From Podarcis pityusensis (taxonomy: Eukaryota), in assembly GCA_964106645.2 (NCBI GenBank), contig OZ067038.1: 64,000 nt of DNA. One strand, given 5' to 3'. The translations under genes and the position numbers were made by a program. The notes beneath the pieces are model-generated. The model had not been told where the DNA came from. It did not search any database and saw only the letters and a list, made by a program, of their open reading frames with translations. Position 1 is the stretch's first letter, and the number at the start of each line of letters is the position of its first letter. Of this stretch, positions 50,101 through 61,208 are shown piece after piece.

Positions 50101-52939
50101 AGTAACCTGTAAGAAATTCTAAACTCTGCACTGAGAGACTTTGCTTGGTGGGGAAATGGGTACATCCCTCTTTTCTTCCACCACACAAATAACACCATGT
50201 GTGATCTTGCTTAATTTTGGGGATGGTGGGGGAGGGGAGAGAAATGTGACATGGTGGAAGGGAAGCAAGTACCTCACTTCATCACAGGAGATGAGAAGAC
50301 AGAAGCTGCACCATCCCACCACATGAACACTTGCCAGTCCTTTTCATGCCTACATATTTCCACACTTTTAATCTGCAGAGAGGAGGGCTAGGAAACTTAT
50401 TTTTTCACAATCTCAGGCCAGATTCCTTTAAAAGCAATACACGTTTCTGTGGTCCTTGCATAATTATTTATGGAACGTTAATTGTATTGGGAGTATCCAC
50501 AGAAACACAGAACACAACGTCTTGAGTCCTGTGCCAAACATCCTTGATTTTAAGGCAGCTGAAACTAAACCACTATATATTCCAGTTCCACTGCAAAATG
50601 GGATTTTTTTACATCAGGCTAACCCTGGGAAGTTCATGAACACGATCTCTCTTTGCATCTGATCATCCTATCTAAACAGGCCTAGTCGCTCAGCTCATTT
50701 CAGGGATTCATTACATGTACCCTGGAGATAGTCAGGTTTTACTGTCATGATTCAGATATGAATGAAGCACACACAGATTTGAGGTATCACACTACATAAT
50801 ATTGCATTGGGAGATGCTACACTAATCGTGGCAAGGTTTACCCTATTATATTTTACAGCAGTTAAAAATACTTGTAAAACTTTTTTTTAATCTTGTGAAA
50901 ATTATCTAGCATAAAGTCATCACTCACTGTTCAATTATTCTGCAAGGCTAAGAGCATGATACAATTTATGACTGCAAATAAAGTTAGCTATACAGCTGCA
51001 GGTGAATTCCACATGGATTTTCATCCTTCGCAGTAATCTGCATCTTTATTAAGAGATATATGATAAAGTCCCAGTTGTTATTGCAAAACAGAAAGATGGC
51101 CAGATGTTTTCCTTATATCTTCAGGTCATGTTCAACCTGCTGCCTATCATTTAAAAAGAAGATGGAAGGGGTGTAGGCATCTCTACTGATGTAAGTAATA
51201 AAGCTTCACTATGTTCAAAGGTAAGTAAACATGATTCTTCACTGTGTCATCTGTGGATAGATTTTTGTCATGCCTAAATTGCACCTAAACTAAGGCAGAA
51301 ATTCACTTGCATTGAATTGTGAGCATTGCTATGCTTTGTTTCCTTCTCTTAGCCAGAAAGCACCATTTGTTACCACCATTCCACATTTCTTCTGACCAGT
51401 ATTTCACAATGACCCGTTGAATAATTCTGGTATTCTGGTCACTTTGTGAACATTAGAAGAGAGCTCTACTGGAGATAATGATGTAGTAACAACCACTGAT
51501 ATATCTGATGAACTGATATATCTTCTTGATATGCTGCAACAAGCTTCAACATTTATGAAACCTATATATTGATAGGCAGTCTTGATGGATGTTTTTAATT
51601 CTGCATGTAAGTCATTTGGAGACATTTTGCATGAGGCAAGAACTAAATGAATAAATTAATAATAATAATGACAACAACATAATCATAAGTAGAAAATCTT
51701 CCTACTGGATATCCCTACTCATTATCCCACTGGAAATTCCATATCACAGACTGAGAGCTGCAGCCTCATTGGTGTTAGCTTCAAGGGCATAAGATTGTAT
51801 TTACTCACATTCTTCTCCATAGCCTAGGCAAGTTGGTAACCCACTCCAAGGAGGTCATCAAGAATTGTTCTTGGCTGAGCATTTGTTTTTTCCCCCTTCT
51901 CCCTCCCTCCTTGGCACCAACTCATTTGCACACCCAACAGTTTGTTGATGTGCCATGGAATTTCCTGGTGTGCTATCTCCTCTGTCTGTTGGTGGCTGCA
52001 GATTCCAGCCCCAAAGCCACTGAGTTCTTGTTTGTCCCCATGTCCTCACCACTGTCCCTGCAGGGCTCCTGGTAAGGACCCTGCCATACTCAGAACATGG
52101 GATAGGGCTTACCACTCCGTCATATCATTTCTCTGCTAATTGCTCATTACACAAGAAGGGATCACCAGTGCCCTTATGAGATGCCTACTATTTGCTGTGA
52201 TTACTGCTTTCCAGTTAACTATGGTGAAGTCACGGAGGTCCATGTGGGAAAATGTCATTTGCCCATTGGCCTGTCCAGGCTGCCAAGAGCTGCTGTGAAT
52301 AAACAGAGGTGGCTTGGGTACATCATGACCACAATTCTCCTTCCTGTCTCTTGGGCACCGAGGCTGCAATCCAGGCCGCAGTCAAGTCAACAGGACTCAC
52401 TGTTGTTCTACAGGGAGAGAGGTTGCTGGATGAATTAAGATATTGGCTGCCACAAATTACCAGTTTAAATGTTTAGTCAAAAACACACATTTGTGATACA
52501 TACAATAGGCAAGTCAAAAGATAAAGCAATCTGCTCTGTACCCCAAGCCTCTGATGCCACCCGTGAACTCCAAAAGGCTTGGAGTCAAGTTGAAATATTG
52601 AAGTCTGAGTGCTATCTAGGTTATTCTTGTTTTTTAGAGAAACATGATTCTTAGTCATTCTGCTGCATGGAGATTGTTTTAAAGCAAAAATCTCATATTC
52701 CTGTCATGAAGCACACATAATCCTAACTAAGGGCAGAGCTTTTGTTTGAACTGCGAGAGTCCACTGGAAACCTGGCATGCCTAATTTACAGACATGTGCA
52801 GGATGCCATCGATTACACTTAATTTCTCACACTGGCTGGTGAAAATCTGAACATCTGCCACAACTTTAGTGTATGTGAGACACAAACTTATTCCTTGGAA
52901 GAAACAAATTTCACAAGTGCTTAAAGAACAGCACTTGTG

Positions 52940-53310
52940 CCAAGCCCATTTCCAGGAACAATTGGAAGTGCTGGTGGCTGCCTTTAAAGTCCTAAATGGC
53001 TTGGGGCCTGGGTACCTAAAAGACTGCCTTTTCCAACATAAGCCTGCTTGTACATGGGGATAACCTTCAGAGGTCTCCTCCTGATAACTCCACTATCTGA
53101 AGTGGGGCATGTTGTGACAGGGCATGTTGTGACACTGTCGCAGTGGTGGGGCACTGCTCTCCCCTGGGAGGGTTGACTAATGCCTACACTGGTGTCTTTT
53201 CAGTGCCCAGCAAATAACATTTTGTGTTCCTAGGCCTTTTAACTTTCAATTTTACCTGTTCTGTTTTATGCTGATTTTATCTGGTTTTCACACAGTTTTA
53301 CTTCATTGTA
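52940..53310 (+). mobile_element. Decayed L2-clade LINE fragment
   Basis: FKVLNGLGPGYLKDCL motif. Confidence 0.7.
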
Positions 53311-54569
53311 TTTCAACCTGCTATGGGTGGGTTGTTGTTTTTTAGAGTGGCATGTACATTTTTTTCAAAAAGCACACACAAGTATAATAATGAAGTGAGT
53401 TTGCAAGGGCATACACAGAATATAACTTGCATCACCATCTGTACTGCAGTTATTTATTATGAAGATTTAAGACCTGCATTAAGACTAAGCAAAAACTCTG
53501 GTGTGCTTATGAGTGGGAACTCTTTCTATCCTTCTCCAATGAGAGGTCACATCCAGCACCTAAACCTGAGACCTCCTGCAGGTGAACTTGTGTTGTTCCT
53601 CTAGCGCTTTTTATGCAACTTACTTCCTCAAGGTACATTTTGGTTGGTCTGTAGCTAGCAGATGACAAATGTCTCATAATGTGTCATCTTCCTATCTTCT
53701 GCTGTGATTGAGTGATTAGAGAGCTGCTGTGAGACCTGTGAGTTCTAGCTTTGTCCACTTTCCCCCCTCCACCAAAGCACACCTTTAGTTTCTTACATAA
53801 ATGCAAGAAGTGAGTTTGGCTTTAATTTTATCATTCTTCCTAGCCGGGTTTGAATTCACATTGCCTGTTTTCCATACTTTTGCTCTGATTAGTAAACTAG
53901 CGATGTTTGCTCCCATGAGAATGTAGTTGTGGCTTCCTTCATTGTCTGTCCTCATTCCACCCTTGTCCTGTCAGCTTTCTCCCCAGATGGTTGTTGCTTC
54001 CCCAGGGGGACTTGAACCCTGACCCAGAAAGCCAGTATTTGCTATAACATGAAAACACTGAAATACTCAGTTGGCTAATGAAACTGATTAATCTGCTACA
54101 GAAGACTGATTTACCTCCCCAGTGGGATCTCAGCTCTTGAATTATGGCAAACCTTTGTATCTTATCATTCCACAAAACTCTGAGAGCTCATTTATATATA
54201 TATATATTTGCAGAGTTTTTGGATCTGATTGTCAATAGCATCCTTTGGCTTAAGAGATATGATGCACATATTTTTCGTATTCTTTCACTGTTGTTATTGG
54301 ATACCATTTTGTGGTTTCTTGGCTGCTGCTGGAAACAGGATATTGGATTAGATGAACCAGGACAGCTCTTCTTACGTTCTTAAACTCAAGGAAACTGCAA
54401 ATCCCAGTAAGCGCTGCAAACGTCTGGCTCAGAGAGAAAAGCAGCACCTGTTGAGAACTGGTACTAGCCTTCCATGACAAAAGAGTGAAGTCTAACTGGG
54501 TACAGCTAACGTACATGACCTTAAAGCTCATTCAGATACCATGGACAAACTGGGGTGAGAAATGCACTC

Positions 54570-55180
54570 TGTATGTAAGAACGAAAGAAGAGCCCCGCTG
54601 GAGCAGGTCAAAGGCCTATCTGCAGAACCTGAGTGCAACAGCACTCTCCCCACTTCTGATTCCTAGCAACTGGTAAACTAGGGCATGCTGCCTGTGGCAA
54701 TGGAAAGAGACCATAGCCATCTTGGCTAGTAACTCTTGCTAAACTTAGGCTCCATGAATGTGTCTCATCCTCTTTCAGTGCCATCCAAGTTGGTGGCCAT
54801 CCCTATATCCTGTGGGAACGAATGCCATACTTTAGCCATGCACTGTGTGAAGAGGTACAGTGGTACCTCGGGTTACATACGCTTCAGGTTACAGACGCTT
54901 CAGGTTACAAACTCCACTAACCCACAAATAGTACCTCGGGTTAAGAACTTTGCTTCAGGATGAGAACAAAAATTGTGCTCCGGCGGCGCAGTGGCAGCAG
55001 GAGGCCCCATTAGCTAAAGTGGTTTTCAGGTTAAGAACAGTTTCAGGTTAAGAACGGACCTCTGGAACGAATTAAGTACTTAACCAGAGGTACCACTGTA
55101 CCTCCTTTTGCCTGTCCTGAATAATCCAACATTCAGCTTCATTGGATGACCCCCGATTCCAGTATTATGACACAGAGAGA
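54570..55180 (-). mobile_element. CR1 LINE 3' fragment interrupted by a mariner-type MITE
   Basis: CR1-like sequence (gtaagaac..agccccgctggagcaggtcaaggccta.. and ccatccaagttggtggccatc) resumes after the MITE. Confidence 0.6.
54858..55098. mobile_element. Tc1/mariner MITE, same family, opposite orientation
   Basis: TIRs CAGTGGTACCTC...GAGGTACCACTG with TA TSD on both sides. Confidence 0.88.
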
Positions 55181-55239
55181 TTAGTTCCCAATTCTGATTG
55201 GAGGTAAACTATAGTTAACAGTTGTCTAATCTGGATATC

Positions 55240-55576
55240 GGGACACGGGTGGCGCCTAGGAGTTGCCAATCAGAAGGTTGGCGGTTCATATCCCCATGAC
55301 AGGGTGAGCTCCCATTGCTTGGTCCCTGCTCCTGCCAACCTAGCAGTTTGAAAGCACATCAAAGTGCATGTAGATAAATAGATACTGCTCCGGCAGGGAA
55401 GGTAAACGGTGTTTCCATGTGCTGCTCTGGTTCGCCAGAAGCGGCTTAGTCATGCTGGCCACATGACCTGGAAGCTGTACGCCGGCTCCCTCGGCCAATA
55501 AAGCGAGATGAGCGCCGCAACCCCAGAGTCGGTCACGACTGGACCTAATGGTCAGGGGTCCCTTTACCTTTACCTT
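55240..55576 (+). mobile_element. Sauria SINE
   Basis: Homologous to 446-816; (ACCTTT)n tail; 13-bp TSD TAATCTGGATATC at 55227-55239 and 55577-55589. Confidence 0.92.
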
Positions 55577-55720
55577 TAATCTGGATATCACTTTAAAATA
55601 TTGTTACCTTGAAACAGAAAACACTGGAAGGAATTGGATCATGCAAGGTCGGGGGGGGGGGGATGAAAAGCAGCGGAGCATATCTAATGGGCCAAACCTT
55701 GGTGTGTGAATTTAACTGTA

Positions 55721-55746
55721 GTGTGTGTGTGTGTGTGTGTGTGTGT
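55721..55746. repeat. (GT)13 microsatellite
   Basis: Direct read. Confidence 0.95.
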
Positions 55747-56706
55747 GGAAATCTAGGGAAAGAAATAGGGGCCTATAGCACAAAGCAGAAAACACTAGGT
55801 TGGGGAGATTATTTTAATTTAATCAAAGTGTTAGGGATTAGATGTGGATCCACAGTTCATTGTTTATATACTTCATTGTTGAGTGATTTTATGAGCTATC
55901 GGCAGATAGATCTCTTTCTGCTGGATGGGGTTTTGTTTAAATGAAAGATCTGAATAACATATATGGACTATTCCTGTGACTAATTTGCTTTTTGAATGTC
56001 AAGGCCAGTTCTAAAATAAATAAGAACCAGGGACAGATAGTACATTTGTGGTGCTTTTAAGAACCGATTTCCTCATTTTCCAAACACACAGAAACAGAAA
56101 CAGCAGTCCTTAATTATTCCCACTACTGAGATTGAAGATTAAACCAGGACAAACATTCAGAAAAATAATACAGACAATGTTCCAGAAAATACACATACTA
56201 GCCAACTTTGCAGTTGATATCTAAATGACTAGAGACTTCAACTTAAGAGCTAAAGACCACTTTGGCTACCTTCCAAGTATGATGATAAGAGCTGCTAGCA
56301 AGCAAAGACATGGTTTGCATGCATGCATACATCATTTTATTTGTATGTTGCCTTTCCATACTTAAAACCATGCTCAAGGTGGCTTAGAACATTAAAAAAA
56401 TTACATAATTACAAACATAACAAAAGTAGTCATAAACAATAAATAAACATAAAAAATACACAACCAATCAATTTCCACATAAATCATAAGGACTAAAAGA
56501 AACATACAAAGAATCTATGACAGCAACAACAGCACCCCCATTGCAGAAATAGCTTGTTCTGTGGAAGCATTATACCAGTAATAAAATGCCATTTGTGCAC
56601 ATCCCATAACAACCAGCACCCTTAAGTCCAACATGTTTGCTTTACTCCTAGTTTAGAGGTGCCAAAACATAAGAGGTAGATTCAAGGCACTCAATTAGCA
56701 ACTGAA

Positions 56707-56825
56707 GGTTGCATCCACTCTTAGTCCTACACAATGTAGACCCACTGAAATTAGTGGACATTACTAATTTACATCTATTCATTTCAATGGGTTTGCTCAG
56801 AGTAGGACTAACATTAGATACAACC
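56707..56825. repeat. About 120-bp hairpin repeat (MITE-like); copies also at 3521-3639 and 5756-5873
   Basis: Shared core gaccc/acactgaaa...ttcaatggg and inverted termini ggttgcatc/gatacaacc. Confidence 0.65.
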
Positions 56826-57933
56826 CAGAGTATCCTCTTTCTCTTTTCGTTCTTTGTACATACTAAGACATATGCCTGTATTTCCCTCTTATCCCGTAAA
56901 ACAGCTTAAATAATCTTGGAAATGGATAAGGAAGAAGACAGATAAATGGGGGGACCAAACAGCTCCCCTCGGTGAACTGGCTACCAGTTTCTGACTCCTG
57001 TGTCAATGCAACATTATTCATTTTATTTTCTTTATTAAATTTATATCCCACCCTTTCTCCCAAAGAAGCAAACTTAATAACAAGTATTTAATAGAGTTAT
57101 TTCGTTGTTGTTGTTTCATTTAAAAAACAGGATATACTGTGTGTCTGGCCTAGTTCCAATAGGACATATTTCCTTCATGGGAGTTCTAGCAGCAATTCCC
57201 ATGGAAAAAAAACATTACATCTGACTACTAAGTTTTGGCAAGAAGGACAATGTTTCTGCTCAATAATAATAATGCTTGCTTAGGGCAAGAGCTTAAGGAT
57301 CATTATGTACTATAACTGCGTCATAAACCTTCTTGACCCTGCTAGTCTGGAGCAGTGCCTTTGGCCCAACGTGTAATTATGAGGTCTTAGAAGTGGAGAC
57401 TCAGCAATACAATATTATCCTGCAAAGACAAGGAAATTAAACCTCCCAGATATCCCTTCATAACATCAAGGCTGGATCTTCAACCAGCATTCGCTAAAAA
57501 GAAGAAAATAAACAAAAACTGCAATTAAAAGAAACCAGAGCTAATGTGACACCATCTTTCAACCATCCCATTATGTAGATGATTTTTGGGGTACAATCTG
57601 CTCTACCACCATGCCAAAAGGGCCGGACTGGATCCTAAGAGGAGGAAAGTGGCAAGTGAAGAGACTTATTCTCACCCATCAGTGGAGATGTAAGCAGCAC
57701 CACAGAAAACACTTGAAGCCAATTACAATATGAATGAACAAGGGCAACAATTATAAATGGTGATACACTGCAAAATTAGCTGGAGTGCATAGTAGCATGA
57801 ATACACTGTGTGCCCTGGAGAACAGGGGGCGGGGGGGGCAAGGAAACTCTCCTTTATGAGGGAATGTTCTGGCTTCAGTCCTGGGATCATTCTATCATTT
57901 TAAACCGCTACAAGAACAGCCCTTCCTTTAATA

Positions 57934-58256
57934 CAGGGGTAGGCAACCTAAGGCCCGTGGGCTGGATGCGGCCCAATCGCCTTCTCAATCCAGCTCGCAG
58001 ACGGTCCGGGAATCAGCGTGTTTTTACATGAGTAGAATGTGTCCTTTTATTTCAAATGCATCTCTGGGTTATTTGTGGGGCCTGCCTGGTGTTTTTACAT
58101 GAGTAGAATGTGTGCTTTTATTTAAAATGCATATCTGGGTTATTTGTGGGGCATAGGAATTCGTTCATTCCCCCCCCAAAAAAATATAGTCTGGCCCACA
58201 ACATGGTCTGAGGGACGGTGGACCAGCCCCCTGCTGAAAAAGTTTGCTGACCCCTG
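57934..58256. mobile_element. hAT-type MITE with internal tandem duplication of about 71-bp period
   Basis: TIRs caggggtaggcaac / tttgctgacccctg; 8-bp TSD ctttaata/ccttaata; duplicated unit at about 58018-58080 and 58089-58151. Confidence 0.82.
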
Positions 58257-60191
58257 CCTTAATATGACAAGAAAGTGAGTAAGCTTCCCCCTGGACTTCT
58301 GAGAGTTTTCATACAATCCCTTCATCCCAGTTAATGTTTGTGGTAATGAAAGTGATACGTCTGGTACAGCAAATGTAACTTCTTCAAGATGCAAGCACCA
58401 TTTCCTAAACTTCAACTGATATCTAGTTCAGGTGGTTATTAACCAATGTGTAGAAATTATCTGGAAGGGTGATATACTGTTGCATAAAATGACTGAAATG
58501 GGCCCTTTTCTGAGCATTTGGAGGAATTAAATACAGCCTTTTACAATGTGCATTCTAATGGCATTTCTCATTCTACTGTATTCTGTTGCTGCTCTAGAAA
58601 GCCTATGTGCTGAAGTATACATAGATGTACAGTATTTTTAGCAGTATACAAGTAATTGTCAATCAAAGCCAGTGATGGCAGCTCCAAACCCCTAGGACAA
58701 CAGGTATTTATTCTGTAATGTGCTACAATTGCCAGAGAAACAACATTTTGAGGTCTCTTTACATCTCCCTACTCTATCATCAGAGCAACTCATTTTCTAT
58801 GAAGTGCAATGGTTCTCCTCACAAAGCAGCAATTCAGAATTAATTCGTTCTTCAGTTATTCACCACCCAGAAGGTGGTGCTGGAAGACTACTGCTTTACC
58901 CAGCGGCCTTTGGCCTACAGGGTGCAACGAAGATCCATACTTTTTAACACCGAAATGAAACCACTGGAGGTTTTGCCTGAAGTATCATCAGCATGCAGTT
59001 CTACCTCTCATTTCCATTTTCTGGTGCTAAGGAGATGGTGGAAACGCTAAACTCCAAACTGGTGTATGGAGTCAATTTTCCTCTGGAAGTATTCATAGAA
59101 TTGTAGGGTTGGAAGGGATCCCAAGGGTCATCTAGTCCAACCCCCTGTAATGCAGATTGTATTGTGACACAATCTCCCCATTTTAGGCAGAATTAGCTGA
59201 TCTAGAGGCTCTAGGCGGGGAAGACAAAACATACTTTCCTCTTTGCGTATGTCATTACCCATCTCCTGTAAATTCTCTCATTTACCTTTCATACTTGTAC
59301 TTTATGCTTTTGCTCCCCCCCCCCCAAAAAACCCTTCCCTCCTCCTTGGTCCTTTTATATTCACTTCCTTCCTTCTATTATTCTTACTATATGCAAAAAA
59401 TTCAAGGTGTTGCTATACTCTGTATATGTATACTTTGTATATGAATGAGGAAAGGCAAGGTGGGCCAGGTGAGCTGTTCAACAGAGCGGGGTGGGGGAAC
59501 TGTGAAATACCTTCCACTCTTACTTTAAAAGCACCTGCAATGAGGTTTAACAGGGGGTGAGATGCTTCACACAGTAATTTAGCAAACTGCTCTGTGAAGC
59601 ACCCACTTCCTTAGAAGAGGGTGGGGCTTGCGGTGAGAGGGGAGGAGCTTGGTGATCTGTGGGAGAGGGGTGGGTTGAGCTATAGGGGGATAGGCAAGGG
59701 GATGTGTTAGGTGTAAAGGGTGGGAGGTTGTTCAGGTGTGGGGGATGCGTAGTTGTTCACATTTACTCCACATGCAAGGAGTTGCTGGTGCTGCCTTTAG
59801 TTAAAGCAAAAGATTATGGTATGGCTAGAGGCAGTGCAGGCAAGTGAGGAGGGCACCGGGTAGGTAATGAGACGGAAGCCCTCTTTAAATTGGCCCAAGG
59901 ACCACTGGAGGGTCCCAGCCCTCTGTCTAGAGAAATACTGCAGTAGAATAAACTGAGCCTTTAAAAGCACATAGAGGTGATAGAGGAAGTTGAAAGAAGT
60001 GTCACCTTTTCAGCTTCCTCCTTCGGTTCTATGTGCTTTCAGGGGAGGAAAAGGCAGCCACCTCTATGGCAAAGATGGCCTTGAGGGAGGGGTGCTCAGA
60101 AACTTCCTGAGTGCTAGGGAAGACTTCAAGAGCACCACTGCATCCATTAAGTCCCATGTTAGCCACCCCTTTAATATACTGTTACAAAAGG

Positions 60192-60249
60192 TTTGTTGTT
60201 GTTGTTGTTGTTGTTGTTTAGTCGTTTAGTCGTGTCCGACTCTTCGTGA
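60192..60249 (-). mobile_element. Bov-B (RTE clade) 3' terminal fragment with (CAA)n tail
   Basis: Reverse complement reads tcacgaagagtcggacacgactaaacgactaaac(aac)n. Confidence 0.75.
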
Positions 60250-60913
60250 TGCCATATTTCAAAAAGTAAAAACCAGGACACCCCGAAAGTCCAGATCTTA
60301 CAGCATGGTCCTCTCAAGAGGGGCTTGTTCCCCACAGCAGTGCAGCACTAGAGTCCAAGACATCTGTCCCAGCCTCCCTTCAGCCAGCTTATCCTCAAGG
60401 CAGGATCACCAGCAGCCTATCTTGGTATCTCAGGCACATACAAGCATAGTTCCTTCTCCGCTTTCTGGTACCAGCATCTCCTAATTCTGCTGTTCCTAAA
60501 AACTAAGCCTCCTTTATTCATTTGCATTCTAATGGTCAGTTCTTTTGATGCTTTGAAGTACTAATGGTTAATCCCACCAGCCAGGTGTCGCCTGACAAAG
60601 GAGTATGCCTGACTTCATCAACACTTGTTGATTGACTAGGATTAACGCTGGTATACCTTAGGCGTTTACCTAGGTTAATTAACTCTTCACATGCTAATTG
60701 CTGATGCTCAGAAGTAGGTCCACACACACACCTCAATACACATGGATCTACACATTCTTTACACGTAACTGGTGTTAGAATCATAAAGTTTCTAAGGGAA
60801 GTGACTCAAGGGTTATCTAGTCCAACCCCCTGAAATGCAGGAATCTCAGCTAAAGCACCTATGACAGATGGCCACCCAACCTCTGTTTAATAACATCCAA
60901 GGAAGGAGAGGCT

Positions 60914-61208
60914 GGCAACATCAACCCTGCCATGTGGAAATCCACAGGACCTGGAGACAGACAATCAGGTCATGCATCCATAGCAGTGACCAGAGGAAGA
61001 ATGACCACTGGGGAGGTGTGAAGAGAGAAGAAACACCATGGTGCATCTGCAGCACCACAGCCGGACACCTTCATCTGCCCCAGCTGCAACACAATATGTC
61101 CCTCCAATATCGGTCTCTACAGCCACAGCAAGTGCTGCAACCTTCCAACTGTTTGACTTTACCCCCAAAGGTCTACTCCTCCATTATCTCCTGAGGCAGA
61201 CAAACACC
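60914..61208 (+). mobile_element. RTE-clade LINE 3' fragment
   Basis: Encodes INPAMWKS..WRQTI and a terminal C2H2-like motif FICPSCNTICPSNIGLYSHSKCC typical of RTE ORF ends; abuts a CR1 fragment at about 60777-60913. Confidence 0.75.

Noticed and set aside
49836-50198. ORFs with poly-Cys, poly-Gln or poly-Val tracts
   Set aside because: Translations of the (CAA)13 microsatellite.
58018-58151. Direct repeats suggestive of a CRISPR-like array
   Set aside because: Only two units, inside a hAT MITE, in a eukaryotic genome.
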